A stretch of 55,858 nt of DNA from an uncultured Gammaproteobacteria bacterium (GTDB taxonomy: Bacteria > Patescibacteriota > Microgenomatia > UBA8517), in NCBI GenBank assembly GCA_964506225.1, contig CAZDKH010000009.1:1-55858 (forward strand), read 5' to 3'. Under the pieces are notes generated by a model. The model ran no database searches, was not told where the DNA came from, and was given only the letters and a program-made list of their open reading frames with translations. The position numbers and the translations under genes were made by a program. How positions within the stretch are numbered: position 1 is the first letter of the stretch; each line of letters starts with the position of its first letter. Of the stretch, positions 36,914-48,469 are shown in pieces.

Positions 36914-39085
36914 ATGAAACAAGAATATTACTGGTCCCTAACAATTGAGCCGGGGTGGGTCCAAAGTTCTCTCTGGAGCATTGGTGAAGATAATAGGGCT
37001 AAAATTTTTTCGATTTCTCAAGCTAGTCATTGGGAGACAGATTCTGAACTTGTGGAAGTGGTCGACGCGTCACTTTCAAGTATAATCGTCGCTCTTCCCG
37101 AAGGAGCAAAAGAACCCTCTAAAACAATTCTTGGCTTTTCTCCATCTTGGATTGGTGATGGAAAAATAAAAGAAGAGTACCTCACAAAGGTTAAAAAGAT
37201 CTGTTCTAAGCTTTCTTTGGATCCAGTTGGCTTTGTTGTTCTTCCAGAGGCAATTGCTTTTTATAAAAAACAAGATGAACAGGTTCCATTAACCGCAGTG
37301 GTTGTTGGTGTAAGTGAAGGAAGTATTGATGTAGGTCTTTTCAAGCTTGGAAATTTAGTTGGCACAGTAACCGTTGTAAGAAGCGTTTCTCTTTTCGACG
37401 ATGTGGTGGAAGGTCTGGTTGGCCTTAAAATTCCAGATCAGATTCCTTCTCGATTTATAATCTATAACGGAAAGGAAAAAGATCTTGAGGAGGCACGTCA
37501 AGCTATTGTTACAGCTGACTGGGAGGCAGTTTCGGATAAAATAAAACTTTTGCACACTCCCAAAGTTGAAGTAATTGACGCAAAGGAAAAATTAATAGCC
37601 GTCTCTTTGGCTGGAGCATCAGAAATCGGCAAAGTTACAGGTTATGACCTTGTAGAAACTTTTCAAGAGGTAAGCGGTGTGAAACCTTTACAGAAACTAC
37701 CAGAAGAATTACCAGAAAAAAAAGAAGCCTTTGATGAGGAACTAAAAGAAGTGACTGAGGGGTCAGGATTTGTAATTGGGCGGGATATTCAGGAATTACC
37801 TCTTTCTGTTAGGGAGACTCCGTCGCAAGAGCCGCCCCTGCAACCTCCAATTTCTGAGAGACAAAAACCGCTTGTTACTAGCCTATTTACTTCGAAATTG
37901 AGAGGAAGATTTGTGAGATTTCCACAATTTAGATTTCCTTCTTTTGAAATCGGTAAAAAACCGTTTGTTTTTGGAGGAGTTTTTCTTCTTTTATTCTCTA
38001 TAGCAGGATTTATGATTTGGTGGTTTTTTCCCAAAGCGACTGTAACAATTTATATAAATTCCAAAAAGCTAGAAGATGTTCAAACTGTAACTTTTGACCC
38101 AAAAAGAGAGTTATCTGACTATTCTCAAAAGGTTTTGACAGGCAAGATTGTTCAATACACACCAGAGGGGGAGAAGACAACTTCGGTAACCGGCTCTAAA
38201 ACCGTTGGCGAGAAGGCTAAAGGAAAGGTGCAAATTAGAAACGGTACTTCTAGTACGATTAATATCGCGGGAGGAACAACAATCGTTGGCCCAAATGATT
38301 TAAAATTTAGTCTAGACTCGGCGGCTTCTGTTTCTGCTGCTTCTTCTCCAACATCGCCTGGGACTGCCTTAGTAGAGGTGACGGCGGAAGATATCGGAGC
38401 TGAATATAATCTTGCAAAAGGCGAGTCGTTTAGCGTCTCAAACTACCCAAAAAGCGAAGTGGATGCAGTTTCTGAGGAGGATTTCTCCGGGGGCACGAGC
38501 AAAGAAATATCCGTTGTTGCCACAGCCGACCAGAAAAGCCTAGAGGACGAACTCAAAAAAGAACTTCTAGAAAAAGGCAAGACACAAATTCGCAATGGTT
38601 TGTTGGAGGGGGAGATTTTTATAGATGAGGCTGTCAAAACCGATACCAGCAAAAAAGATTTTAGTCACAAGGTCGGAGATGAGACTACAACCCTTAAACT
38701 TACAATGCAGTTGTCAATTTTTGGACTTGTAGTTTCTAAAAAAGAGCTTAACAGTTTAGCTCAAACGATTTTAAAAGACCGGGTACCAAGTGGGTATGTC
38801 TTAAGAGACGAACAGATAGACACAGCTTTTTCCTTGAAAGGACAAAAGGATAATTTATGGGAGGTAGAAGTTACTTTTATTGCCAACCTTCTTCCTGAAA
38901 TCAAAACAGAAGAAATTGCCTCCAAGATATCGGGTAAATACCCCCACCTTGCTCGGGATTATCTCTCTTTGATTCCAGGCTTTAGTTCTGCTGAAATTGT
39001 TTTGAATCCTCGCCTTCCCGGAAAACTGGGTACCCTTCCTCGGGTTTCCAAAAATATTTCCATAGAGATTGTAGCTGAGAAATAG
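36914..39085 (+). CDS. Bitopic 723-aa protein: cytoplasmic N-terminal domain (possibly a degenerate actin/ASKHA-like fold), one TM helix, large extracellular domain with a baseplate-J-like sequence pattern
   Basis: TM helix FVFGGVFLLLFSIAGFMIWWFF at about residue 350. N-terminal strands SLTIEPGWVQSSLWSI and AVVVGVSEGSIDVGLF. The extracellular segment GKVQIRNGTSSTINIAGGTTIVGPNDLKF...ALVEVTAEDIGAEYNLAKGE resembles Baseplate_J-type repeats. Assignment is from memory only. Confidence 0.35.
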   Translation: MKQEYYWSLTIEPGWVQSSLWSIGEDNRAKIFSISQASHWETDSELVEVVDASLSSIIVALPEGAKEPSKTILGFSPSWIGDGKIKEEYLTKVKKICSKLSLDPVGFVVLPEAIAFYKKQDEQVPLTAVVVGVSEGSIDVGLFKLGNLVGTVTVVRSVSLFDDVVEGLVGLKIPDQIPSRFIIYNGKEKDLEEARQAIVTADWEAVSDKIKLLHTPKVEVIDAKEKLIAVSLAGASEIGKVTGYDLVETFQEVSGVKPLQKLPEELPEKKEAFDEELKEVTEGSGFVIGRDIQELPLSVRETPSQEPPLQPPISERQKPLVTSLFTSKLRGRFVRFPQFRFPSFEIGKKPFVFGGVFLLLFSIAGFMIWWFFPKATVTIYINSKKLEDVQTVTFDPKRELSDYSQKVLTGKIVQYTPEGEKTTSVTGSKTVGEKAKGKVQIRNGTSSTINIAGGTTIVGPNDLKFSLDSAASVSAASSPTSPGTALVEVTAEDIGAEYNLAKGESFSVSNYPKSEVDAVSEEDFSGGTSKEISVVATADQKSLEDELKKELLEKGKTQIRNGLLEGEIFIDEAVKTDTSKKDFSHKVGDETTTLKLTMQLSIFGLVVSKKELNSLAQTILKDRVPSGYVLRDEQIDTAFSLKGQKDNLWEVEVTFIANLLPEIKTEEIASKISGKYPHLARDYLSLIPGFSSAEIVLNPRLPGKLGTLPRVSKNISIEIVAEK

Positions 39086-39091
39086 ATTTTT

Positions 39092-39784
39092 ATGAAAAAA
39101 CGTTTAGTTATCAAATTTATTGCCTTTGTCATGGGTTTGGTTGGAGTATCTTTGCTTTCCTATGTTTTTTTCCCAATCCTTTCTTATGAGATGACTTCCC
39201 GACCGCGCTTTGCAAGTTTTCTTTCGCCTATTCCCGAAAATCCCATCTTCGCTGCGAATTCAGAAAACATGGATTATACACAAGCGAGTAATTGGTTTAT
39301 TGGGGGAGTAAAAAGCGAGGGCTTTAATCGTTCTAAGGTTGATTATTATACAATTTCGATACCTGCCTTAGGAATTGAGCAGGCAACGGTAGCAGTTGGT
39401 GGGGAGGATCTTTCAAAACACCTTATCCAGTATCCGGGGACAGCCCAGCCCGGAAAAATCGGTAACGCCGTGATATTTGGGCACTCAATACTTCCCCAAT
39501 TTTATAATCCCAAAGATTATATCGCCATTTTTTCAACGCTACACACAATTAAAAAGGGAAGTGAGATACTTGTCTATTTTGATGGTATGTCTTTCAAATA
39601 TAGAGTTGAAGATAAATTTGAAGTTTTACCTACTGATATTCAGATTTTAGAGCAAGACATGAGTGATTCATTTATAACTTTGGTCACGTGTGTTCCACCG
39701 GGAGACCCAAGACGTCCTCGACGCCTTATAGTTCGTGCTAAAATAGTGCCACTGGGAGAAATTGATGCGGCTTCTTGGAATTGA
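39092..39784 (+). CDS. Sortase-family transpeptidase
   Basis: N-terminal TM anchor. Catalytic triad context: GNAVIFGHS (His), FITLVTCVPPG (TLxTC Cys), RRLIVRAKI (Arg). Confidence 0.85.
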   Translation: MKKRLVIKFIAFVMGLVGVSLLSYVFFPILSYEMTSRPRFASFLSPIPENPIFAANSENMDYTQASNWFIGGVKSEGFNRSKVDYYTISIPALGIEQATVAVGGEDLSKHLIQYPGTAQPGKIGNAVIFGHSILPQFYNPKDYIAIFSTLHTIKKGSEILVYFDGMSFKYRVEDKFEVLPTDIQILEQDMSDSFITLVTCVPPGDPRRPRRLIVRAKIVPLGEIDAASWN

Positions 39785-40160
39785 TTATGGATTGAGAAAA
39801 ATTGGTCTAGCCATCTCTGAGGGGCAATTTGCTAGGCCCTTTTGTGTAATACGTCTTTCTGAAAAAAGCAGGGCACTCAGAAAAATTGCTAAAATCGTCC
39901 AAGAACAAAACATCAAAAAAATTGTAATTGGTATTTCAGAGGGTAAAATGGCTAAATTATCAAAGGAATTTGGAAAAATGCTTTCGAAGAAATTAAAGAT
40001 TGAAGTCAATTATGTTGATGAAACTCTTAGTACTTCGGATGCCCAAGATTTTGCGATTCAGGCTCATATCCCCCAAAGAAAAAGAAGAAGACTAGAAGAT
40101 GCATATTCAGCGGCTTTAATACTTCAAAGATACTTAGAAGATTGTACTTGTGCGAAGTAG
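39762..40160 (+). CDS. ruvX: Holliday junction resolvase-like / pre-16S rRNA nuclease RuvX (YqgF)
   Basis: LLGIDYGLRKIGLAISEG motif and about 130 aa size. Overlaps the sortase 3' end by 23 nt. Confidence 0.8.
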   Translation: MMRLLGIDYGLRKIGLAISEGQFARPFCVIRLSEKSRALRKIAKIVQEQNIKKIVIGISEGKMAKLSKEFGKMLSKKLKIEVNYVDETLSTSDAQDFAIQAHIPQRKRRRLEDAYSAALILQRYLEDCTCAK

Positions 40161-40194
40161 TTTCATAGGTGGTAAAATAAGATAATTCTTTTAT

Positions 40195-40398
40195 ATGTTT
40201 AAAAATATAATTGCACCAATTCAGGCTTGGCTACTTAGTCAGGGTAAATGTGTGGGCTGTGGGACGCCGCTTAATAAAGGTAAAAGCGAGAAAAGAAAAG
40301 ATGGCACATTTCAGGTTACTTGCAAATGCAGAAGAATATATATTTATGATGCAAAAACCAAAAGATACAGAAGAGCCCTCATAAGTGAAGTTAAATAG
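40195..40398 (+). CDS. Small zinc-ribbon protein (CxxC...CxC), hypothetical
   Basis: KCVGCG...VTCKCR and a basic C-terminus. Sits between ruvX and mltG. Confidence 0.45.
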   Translation: MFKNIIAPIQAWLLSQGKCVGCGTPLNKGKSEKRKDGTFQVTCKCRRIYIYDAKTKRYRRALISEVK

Positions 40399-40400
40399 CT

Positions 40401-41381
40401 TTGATTAGGAAAATCTCAATACTTCTTGTTGTTTTATCGGTTATTTTTGTTTTTGGGCTTTTGGGAGTTTTTGTGTGGTGGAAGGATGCAAGCGGGTCTG
40501 TCGGTAGTGACCCAAACCCCAAAAGATTTGTGGTTGTAAAGGGAACCAGCGCAAGCCAAATAGCTGAAAATTTATACAAAGCCGGTCTTATAAAAAGTAC
40601 TCTTGCCTTCAAGTTTTACGTCCAGTTGATTGGTAAATCTGATCAGATTAAAGCAGGACAATACGATATACCCCAGAATTACTCACTTACTCAGGTTGTT
40701 GCAACTTTAATGCAAAATCCCAAAGAAGTTTGGGTCACCATTCCAGAGGGATTAAGACGCGAAGAAGTTGTGCGAAAGATTATTGAGGGTTTGCATTTTC
40801 CGCCAGAAGAAGCCGAGTCCTTTGGAGAAGAGTTTTTAGCTTTAACAAAAGATAAAGAGGGGTTTCTTTTTCCGGATACCTATCTTTTTCCGATAGATGT
40901 GAAGGCCGCTACTGTTGTGAATGTTATGGAAAATACTTTTAAAAAGAAGGTAGGGGAGGTAGATAGGAAGAGTGTTATTCTTGCCTCAATTATCGAGAGA
41001 GAAACGAAAACTGATGAGGAGAGGCCGGTGGTTGCAGGAATATTAATAAAAAGGCTTGAAGCAGGTTGGCCTCTTAATGTTGACGCAACTGTTCAATACG
41101 CCCTAGCAAATGAAAATTGTAAATTGGAAATTGAAAATTGTATCGATTGGTGGCCAAAAATTACAAGAGATGATTATCAATTTAACTCTCTATATAACAC
41201 CTATAAGTTTGCCGGACTCCCTCCGGGCCCTATTTCAAACCCTGGTCTTTCTTCTATTAAAGCAGTTCTAGCCCCTAAACAAAGTGACTATTGGTACTAT
41301 TTACACGCGCCTGATGGTAAAATTTATTATGCAAAGAATCTTAAAGAACATAACCAAAACATTCAAAAGTATTTGAAATAA
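40401..41381 (+). CDS. mltG: Endolytic murein transglycosylase MltG (YceG family)
   Basis: N-terminal TM helix, LysM-like segment VKGTSASQIAENLYKAGLIKS, EGFLFPDTY, ASIIERET, YNTY...GLPPGPISNPG. Confidence 0.9.
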   Translation: MIRKISILLVVLSVIFVFGLLGVFVWWKDASGSVGSDPNPKRFVVVKGTSASQIAENLYKAGLIKSTLAFKFYVQLIGKSDQIKAGQYDIPQNYSLTQVVATLMQNPKEVWVTIPEGLRREEVVRKIIEGLHFPPEEAESFGEEFLALTKDKEGFLFPDTYLFPIDVKAATVVNVMENTFKKKVGEVDRKSVILASIIERETKTDEERPVVAGILIKRLEAGWPLNVDATVQYALANENCKLEIENCIDWWPKITRDDYQFNSLYNTYKFAGLPPGPISNPGLSSIKAVLAPKQSDYWYYLHAPDGKIYYAKNLKEHNQNIQKYLK

Positions 41382-41388
41382 ATTCTGC

Positions 41389-41416
41389 TTGACAGGCAAG
41401 TTTTATCTAGTATAAT
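41389..41416 (+). promoter_or_regulatory. Consensus promoter of rpoBC (TTGACA-16-TATAAT)
   Basis: Perfect hexamers in the mltG-rpoBC spacer. Shares CTTGACAGG with the tuf promoter. Confidence 0.6.
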
Positions 41417-41425
41417 TCAGCATAG

Positions 41426-41462
41426 GCGTACTAATGTACGCTGATCCTCAGTCTGACTGAGG
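41426..41462 (+). other. Two small hairpins in the rpoBC 5' leader
   Basis: GCGTAC-taat-GTACGC (41426-41441) and CCTCAGT-ctg-ACTGAGG (41446-41462), followed by AATTTT. Confidence 0.4.
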
Positions 41463-41491
41463 AATTTTGCGTAAAAAACAAAAAATCCTCG

Positions 41492-44400
41492 ATGATTAAG
41501 GGCCAATATAAACATCGTTACCTAGGGAGAGAGGAGAAAGATTTACCTAAACTTAATCTTTCTGAAGTCCAAAAAGAAAGTTGGAGTTGGTTTCTTAATA
41601 CCGGAATTAGTCAAGAAATTGCAGAAATTTCACCAATTGATGATTTTACCGGCAGGAACTGGCAACTTATCTTAAGCGACCCGGTTTTGGATACACCTGA
41701 GATTACTCCACAGATTGCTCGAGAAAAGGGACTTACCTACTCCTCGCCATTTCGTATTAAGGCAAAGCTTATTAACAAGAAAACAGGAAAAGAAGTCTCG
41801 CAAGAAGTTTTCTTAGGGGAGATTCCCCAGATGACTCCTGCTGGTACCTTTATTATAAATGGTATTGAACGCTGTGTTATTAATCAGTTGGTTCGATCTC
41901 CTGGTATTTACTTTTTTGGAGATTTAGATGTCTCAAGCGGTAGAATGCTTTATAAAGCAGAGATTCGCCCCCTTCATGGGTCATGGCTTGAATTTGAGGT
42001 TTCTCGTAACGATGTTATTGCAGCCAGAATTGACAAGAGGAGAAAAGTGGCTGCAACAACCCTACTTCGTGCAATGGGGGTTGAAACTGATGATCAGATT
42101 CTTTCCATTTTTAGTGCCGTTGATAGTGATCAAAATCACAAGTATATCAAAAGCACGATAGATAAAGACCCTGCTAAGAATCGTGATGAAGCCCTTCTGG
42201 AAATCTACAGGAGATTAAGACCAGGAGAGCCAGTTGTGCTTGAGAATGCTCAAAATCTTTTTAATAATCTTTTTCTGGATCCAAGACGTTATGATCTTGG
42301 CAAGGTGGGTAGATATAAAATCAACAAAAGGCTTGGACTTGATATACCTAATGAAAAGGGTACTTGGGTTCTAAAAAAGGAAGACATAATTGCAGCACTT
42401 ACCTATATTATAGGTTTACAAAACGGCCAGGGTACTTTGGATGATATTGACCACCTTGCCAATAGGCGTTTACGAAGAGTCGGGGAACTTGTAGCAACCC
42501 ACGCTTTCCGCGTAGGGCTTTTGAGGCTTGAAAGATCGATCAAAGAGAAAATGAGCCTTATTTCTCCTGAGGATAAACCTCTTCCTTCCGGGCTTATTAA
42601 TGCTCGTCCACTTATTGCTTCAATCAACGAGTTTTTTAGATCAAATCAACTTTCAGTTATCTTGGATGATACTAATCCTTTATCTGAGATTGATAATATT
42701 CGGCGCGTGTCTGTTTTGGGTCCTGGTGGGATAAGCAGGGAGCGTGCGTCTTTTTCTATTCGCGATGTTAATTCTTCCCAATACGGAAGGATTGATCCCG
42801 TGCGTTCTCCAGAGGGGCCAAACATTGGTCTTGTGACTTATCTTGCCCTTTATGCACGTATTAACGAATATGGTTTTATTGAAACCCCTTACCGAAAGGT
42901 AGAAAAAGTAAAAATTGGGCAGAAGGTTAAAGTGAGGGTGACCGATGAAATCGTATATTTGGCAGCAGATGACGAGAGCGAATATCATATCAGCCATTCT
43001 AATATCAAGATAGATGAGAAAGGTTTTATCCAAGAGGAAAGAGTCGCTTTCCGTCACCATGGGGCATTTATAGAAGGGTCGGTAGAACTTGTTGATTTTA
43101 TTGATGTTACACCGCGGCAAGTCTTTGGTGTTTCAGCTGCTCTTATTCCCTTTTTGTCACATGATGAGGGAAATCGTGCTTTGATGGGCGCTAATATGCA
43201 ATGTCAGGCGGTTCCTCTTATTGCACCCCAAGCACCTATTGTGGGGACTGGTATGGAGGGTGTTGTGGCAAGCGCCATGGGAAGAGTTGTGAGAAGCGAC
43301 TGTAGTGGAGTAGTCACTTATGTTGACGCAAACAGGATAGAAATTACCGGTAAGGAGGGAAAATTCGTTTATAACACAACAAAGTTTATGCGTACCGCCC
43401 AGTCCACATGTTACAACCAAAAAGTCAAAGTTGTGGTCGGTCAAAAAGTAAGGAAAGGAGATTTAATAATTGACGGTCCGTCAAGCGAGGATGGACTTTT
43501 GGCTTTAGGACAAAATTTGGTGGTTGCTTACTGTTCATACGGTGGTTATGGTTTTGAAGACGCAATTCTTATTTCCGATCGTCTGGTAAAAGATGATCTT
43601 TTAACTTCGATTCACATTAAGGAATATCAGGCGGATGTAGTTGAGACAAAGCTTGGACCAGAAGAACTCACTCGTGACATTCCCAATGTTTCTGAGGCAG
43701 AGTTGGCAAACTTGGCTGAGGATGGAATTGTGGTTGTTGGTGCTAAGGTTGGTCCAAACGATATTCTTGTGGGGAAAATTGCACCAAAGGGTGAAACTGA
43801 ATTAACCTCTGAAGAAAGACTCCTGAGGGCCATTTTCGGAGAAAAGGCTCGTGAAGTCCGAGATACCTCTTTGCGAGTTCCTCATGGTGAAGGTGGAATA
43901 GTAACGGATGTGAGCATCTTGGATCGTACGAAAGGTGATGAACTAGGTCCAGGTGTTATTAAAAGCGTGATAGTTAAGGTTGCCCAAATGAGAAAAGTGA
44001 TGGTTGGAGATAAACTTGCCGGTCGCCATGGTAACAAAGGTGTAATCTCCAAAATAATGCCTGCTTCAGATATGCCGTATCTTGCCGATGGAACGCCTGT
44101 AGATATTATCATTTCTCCTCTTTCTGTGCTTTCGAGAATGAATTTAGGGCAGCTTTTAGAGTGCCATTTGGGCTGGGCACTTAGTAAAAATGCTGAAAGA
44201 GCTTCAATCCCAGTTTTTGATGAGATAGGGGAGGACTTTATCGCTAAAGAACTCGAAAGAGCCGGTCTTCCCAGGACTGGTAAGACAAGACTTTATGACG
44301 GGATAACTGGTGAGCCTTTTAAAGAAGAGACGGTGGTTGGGATAGGTTATATCTTAAAACTTAAACACATGGTTGAGGATAAGACTCATGCTCGTTCAAC

Positions 44401-47400
44401 TGGTCCATATTCCCTTGTTACTCAACAGCCTCTTGGGGGCAAAGCTCAAATGGGGGGGCAACGCCTTGGAGAAATGGAAGTTTGGGCGCTAGAAGCTCAT
44501 AGAGCAGCATATTCGCTTCAGGAGATGTTGACCATTAAAAGTGACGATATTGTGGGCCGTGCACAAGCTTTTGGGGCTATTGTAAAAGGAGAGGATATTC
44601 CTGAGGCTAAGGTACCCGAAAGTTTCAAAGTTTTAGTTAGGGAGCTTAACTCTTTGTGTCTGGCAATAGAGGCAGGTGGGATTGAACCTTCTAGTGAGGA
44701 GGTCTCAGTAGACATTCCAAAGATTGAACTAGAGAAATCAAGCTCTCATGATTCACTTTTGGAACTTAGAAATCTGGCTGATTTTAAGACTCTTAAGATA
44801 AGGCTTGCATCACCTAGAGAAATCCGACTCTGGTCAAGAGGAGAGGTTACAAAACCAGAAACGATTAACTATAGAACCCTGAAGCCTGAAAAGGATGGAC
44901 TTTTTGACGAGAGGATTTTTGGTCCAACCAAAGATTGGGAATGCTATTGTGGTAAGTACAAACGCATACGCTATAAAGGGGTTATCTGTGATAAATGCGG
45001 AGTAGAAGTTACAGAGTCAAGAGTCAGGCGCGAAAGAATGGGACATATCGACTTGGCTGCTCCTGTTGTCCATGTTTGGTTTTTTAAGGGTGCACCATCG
45101 CGGATTTCTTTGCTTTTGGATCTCCCTCCTAGGGCAATTGAACAAGTAATTTATTTTGCGCGTTATCTTGTACTTTCTGTTGAAGAGAATAAGCGGCGTG
45201 AAGCCCTAAAAGTAATTGAGGTGAAAAAGAAGGAAAAGTTGGATGAGCTAAAGGAAATTTTTTCTCAAAGAAAAAAGCTCATTGAAGACGAAGCTAAGGC
45301 GGAAAGAGAGAAGGCAAAAGAGCGTGTAAAAGGGAAGGACCAGCTTGCTCTTGCTCTTTCAGAGATAGATTTAACAACACGCAAGAAAGAAAACTCTTTA
45401 CATGAAGAAGAGAAAAGGAGTTTTGAGAGAACTGAAGAGGTTTTTACGCGTCTGACTAACCTTGTCAAGGATATTTCCGTCCCTGGTTTTCTCTCAGAGG
45501 AAGAGTATGATGAGCTTTTGTCTTTTGATGCAGCAGATTTTATTGAAGTAAAAATGGGAGCAGAAGCTATTTTGCGGGCCCTGGAGGCAGTTAATTTAGA
45601 CAAAGTTTCCATTGAGATAAGAAAAGAGATAGAGGAAACAAAAACCAAAAGTCCACGCTATGTCAAACTTACTAAACGCCTGAAGCTGGTTGATGGTTTG
45701 AGAATGGCAAAAGTTGATCCCACTTGGATGGTAATTCGTGTTCTGCCGGTTCTCCCTCCAGATCTGAGACCAATGGTTCAACTGTCGGGGGGTCGCTTTG
45801 CTACAAGTGATTTAAATGATCTTTACAGGCGCGTAATCAATAGAAATAACCGTCTCAAACACCTTATTGCTCTTGGTGCGCCCGAGATTATTTTGCGAAA
45901 TGAAAAAAGAATGCTTCAAGAAGCAGTCGACTCATTGATAGACGCCTCCCAGCGCAAAGCCACCAGAAGGGGGCGAGGTAGACAAATTCTTCGCTCACTT
46001 TCCGATATGCTTAAAGGAAAACAGGGAAGATTTAGACAGAATCTTCTCGGAAAAAGGGTTGATTATTCAGGAAGAAGTGTGATTATAGTGGGTCCTGAGC
46101 TTAAACTTACTCAGTGTGGTCTTCCAAAAGAGATGGCTTTGGAAATGTTTAAGCCTTTTGTTCTTCACGAAATGATAGAAAGAGGAATTGCGCCCAATGT
46201 CAAAAATGCCAAAAACATGCTTGAGAGACGCCCGCCTGAGGTTTTTGATATTTTGGAAGAGATTACTCGTGAACACCCGGTCTTGCTTAATAGAGCACCA
46301 ACCCTTCACAAGCTGGGCATTCAGGCATTTTACCCTGTTTTAATTGAGGGGAATGCAATTCGTATTCATCCTGCTGTTTGTTCTGGATTTAATGCTGACT
46401 TTGACGGAGATCAGATGGCGGTTCACATTCCTTTATCTAAAAAAGCCATCGAAGAGTCTTTAAACTTAATGCTTTCTGATAAAAACCTCTTAAGGGTAGC
46501 TGATGGTTCGCCAATTACAGCACCTTCTTCAAAAGAGATGGCTTTGGGTATTTATTATCTTACCAGTGAAGATGTGAGAATTCCTCCTTTTGAGGGTATT
46601 TTTGCTGATAGCGCTGAGGCAATATTGGCATATCAACTGGGTGTTATCGAATTAAGGCAAAAAATAACAGTGAGAGTTAGAGGAAAAAGGATTGAAACTA
46701 CCGTTGGAAGAATTCTTTTCAATGAAGTGATTCCGGAGGATTTTGGCTTTATCAATGAAGGGGTTAGTTCATCGGTTATCAAATCGCTTATTAATGATGC
46801 TTTTACTAAAGTTGAGAGGGCTAAGGTTGTTGAGCTTATAGATGCGATAAAGGATCTTGGCTTTTGGGGCGGAACAATTTCCGGAATTTCCTTTGGTATC
46901 TCAGATGCGGTAATTTTGCCTGAAAAGGGAAAACTTATTGCTGAGGCTGATAGACGTGTCTCTGAAATCGAACGCAACTACCTCGATGGGCTTATTACTT
47001 TAGAAGAGAAAAAAAGACTTACCCAAGAGGTTTGGATTGAGACAACCGAAGAGATTGCTGATAAAACATGGGAGATTATCGAGCCAACTGGATCCATAAG
47101 AACTGTTATAGATGCAAAAGTTGGTAGAACTTCAAGAGACCAAATCAAGCAACTGGCGGGAATGAGAGGATTGGTTGTTGATCCGCTCGGCAAGATTGTT
47201 GAGCTTCCTATTAAAAGTAACTTTCGTGAGGGTCTGTCGGTTTTTGAATACGTGACTTCAAGTCGCGGATCGCGCAAGGGCTTGACTGATACCGCGATAA
47301 AGACCGCTGATGCCGGTTATCTAACCAGGAGATTGGTTGATGTTGCCCACGACGTTATCATCCGTGAAGAGGACTGTGGGGTACAAGAGGGGATTATCAT

Positions 47401-48469
47401 CAGAAGAGATGTTCGTCCCCAATCTTTTGCCAAAAGAATTTTTGGCAGATATCTGGTTGAAGACATTAAAGACGATAAGGGAAATTTGCTTGTCAGGAAG
47501 GGCGAAATTTTAGACGAAGCCAAGGCAAAAGAGATTGAGGATAACCAGTCAATTGCCGAAGTACATGTACACTCGCCACTTACTTGTTTAAGTCGCTATG
47601 GTGTCTGTGCAAGGTGCTATGGATGGGACCTTTCAAACAAAAAACCTGTTCAGATAGGAGTTCCTGTTGGAGTAATTGCTGCCCAATCTATAGGCGAGCC
47701 CGGGACTCAGCTTACTCTTAAAACAAAACACTCAGGTGGAGTAGTTGGCGTGGATATTACTCAGGGTTTGCCTCGTGTGGAGGAGCTTTTTGAAGCCAGA
47801 ACTCCCAAGTCTTTATCTCCTTTGAGTGAAATTGCCGGACGGGTAAGTATCAGCGAGTCTGATGAAGGTTGGGTAGTTAGAGTTGAGAATCTAAACATCA
47901 AACCCAGGGAGGAACGGGAGTATATTATTCCAAAGGCGAGTAAACTTCAGGTTGAGGATGGTCAGTTTATTGAAGTTGGTACTCAACTTGCATCAGGCTT
48001 TTTGGATATCAAGGAAATTTTAGCTGTAAATGGTCTGAGGGCTGCACAGGAATACTTAGTTAATGGTTTTCAGGCGGTTTATGAATCTCAGGGAATTCCG
48101 ATTAACGATAGACATTTTGAGATAATTGTTAGGAAAATGAGTGATGAAGTAAAGATAATTACTTCAGGAGATACACCCTTTTTGCCGGGTGAGCTTATAG
48201 AAAAAGCAAGGTTTGAAGAAGAGAATGAAAAAATTTTGGCTGCCGGAGGTGAACCTGCAAGTGCACGACAGATTATTTTGGGTATAACACGTAGGGCTCT
48301 TTATACAGAGAGTTGGCTTTCTGCGGCCAGTTTTGAACAGACAACTGATATTCTCACTGATGCGTCTCTTCTTGGAAAGGAGGATAGACTTTTGGGTCTT
48401 AAGGAGAATGTAATAATTGGACGGCTAATTCCTGTTGACCCCGAACGAGCCTCTTTCGCAAAAATCTGA
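41492..48469 (+). CDS. rpoBC: Fused DNA-directed RNA polymerase beta and beta-prime subunits (RpoB-RpoC single polypeptide, 2325 aa)
   Basis: RpoB motifs ([57 protein letters not shown]). These are joined in frame by a linker at 44681-44752 to RpoC motifs ([49 protein letters not shown]). There is no stop codon in between. Confidence 0.9.
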   Translation: MIKGQYKHRYLGREEKDLPKLNLSEVQKESWSWFLNTGISQEIAEISPIDDFTGRNWQLILSDPVLDTPEITPQIAREKGLTYSSPFRIKAKLINKKTGKEVSQEVFLGEIPQMTPAGTFIINGIERCVINQLVRSPGIYFFGDLDVSSGRMLYKAEIRPLHGSWLEFEVSRNDVIAARIDKRRKVAATTLLRAMGVETDDQILSIFSAVDSDQNHKYIKSTIDKDPAKNRDEALLEIYRRLRPGEPVVLENAQNLFNNLFLDPRRYDLGKVGRYKINKRLGLDIPNEKGTWVLKKEDIIAALTYIIGLQNGQGTLDDIDHLANRRLRRVGELVATHAFRVGLLRLERSIKEKMSLISPEDKPLPSGLINARPLIASINEFFRSNQLSVILDDTNPLSEIDNIRRVSVLGPGGISRERASFSIRDVNSSQYGRIDPVRSPEGPNIGLVTYLALYARINEYGFIETPYRKVEKVKIGQKVKVRVTDEIVYLAADDESEYHISHSNIKIDEKGFIQEERVAFRHHGAFIEGSVELVDFIDVTPRQVFGVSAALIPFLSHDEGNRALMGANMQCQAVPLIAPQAPIVGTGMEGVVASAMGRVVRSDCSGVVTYVDANRIEITGKEGKFVYNTTKFMRTAQSTCYNQKVKVVVGQKVRKGDLIIDGPSSEDGLLALGQNLVVAYCSYGGYGFEDAILISDRLVKDDLLTSIHIKEYQADVVETKLGPEELTRDIPNVSEAELANLAEDGIVVVGAKVGPNDILVGKIAPKGETELTSEERLLRAIFGEKAREVRDTSLRVPHGEGGIVTDVSILDRTKGDELGPGVIKSVIVKVAQMRKVMVGDKLAGRHGNKGVISKIMPASDMPYLADGTPVDIIISPLSVLSRMNLGQLLECHLGWALSKNAERASIPVFDEIGEDFIAKELERAGLPRTGKTRLYDGITGEPFKEETVVGIGYILKLKHMVEDKTHARSTGPYSLVTQQPLGGKAQMGGQRLGEMEVWALEAHRAAYSLQEMLTIKSDDIVGRAQAFGAIVKGEDIPEAKVPESFKVLVRELNSLCLAIEAGGIEPSSEEVSVDIPKIELEKSSSHDSLLELRNLADFKTLKIRLASPREIRLWSRGEVTKPETINYRTLKPEKDGLFDERIFGPTKDWECYCGKYKRIRYKGVICDKCGVEVTESRVRRERMGHIDLAAPVVHVWFFKGAPSRISLLLDLPPRAIEQVIYFARYLVLSVEENKRREALKVIEVKKKEKLDELKEIFSQRKKLIEDEAKAEREKAKERVKGKDQLALALSEIDLTTRKKENSLHEEEKRSFERTEEVFTRLTNLVKDISVPGFLSEEEYDELLSFDAADFIEVKMGAEAILRALEAVNLDKVSIEIRKEIEETKTKSPRYVKLTKRLKLVDGLRMAKVDPTWMVIRVLPVLPPDLRPMVQLSGGRFATSDLNDLYRRVINRNNRLKHLIALGAPEIILRNEKRMLQEAVDSLIDASQRKATRRGRGRQILRSLSDMLKGKQGRFRQNLLGKRVDYSGRSVIIVGPELKLTQCGLPKEMALEMFKPFVLHEMIERGIAPNVKNAKNMLERRPPEVFDILEEITREHPVLLNRAPTLHKLGIQAFYPVLIEGNAIRIHPAVCSGFNADFDGDQMAVHIPLSKKAIEESLNLMLSDKNLLRVADGSPITAPSSKEMALGIYYLTSEDVRIPPFEGIFADSAEAILAYQLGVIELRQKITVRVRGKRIETTVGRILFNEVIPEDFGFINEGVSSSVIKSLINDAFTKVERAKVVELIDAIKDLGFWGGTISGISFGISDAVILPEKGKLIAEADRRVSEIERNYLDGLITLEEKKRLTQEVWIETTEEIADKTWEIIEPTGSIRTVIDAKVGRTSRDQIKQLAGMRGLVVDPLGKIVELPIKSNFREGLSVFEYVTSSRGSRKGLTDTAIKTADAGYLTRRLVDVAHDVIIREEDCGVQEGIIIRRDVRPQSFAKRIFGRYLVEDIKDDKGNLLVRKGEILDEAKAKEIEDNQSIAEVHVHSPLTCLSRYGVCARCYGWDLSNKKPVQIGVPVGVIAAQSIGEPGTQLTLKTKHSGGVVGVDITQGLPRVEELFEARTPKSLSPLSEIAGRVSISESDEGWVVRVENLNIKPREEREYIIPKASKLQVEDGQFIEVGTQLASGFLDIKEILAVNGLRAAQEYLVNGFQAVYESQGIPINDRHFEIIVRKMSDEVKIITSGDTPFLPGELIEKARFEEENEKILAAGGEPASARQIILGITRRALYTESWLSAASFEQTTDILTDASLLGKEDRLLGLKENVIIGRLIPVDPERASFAKI

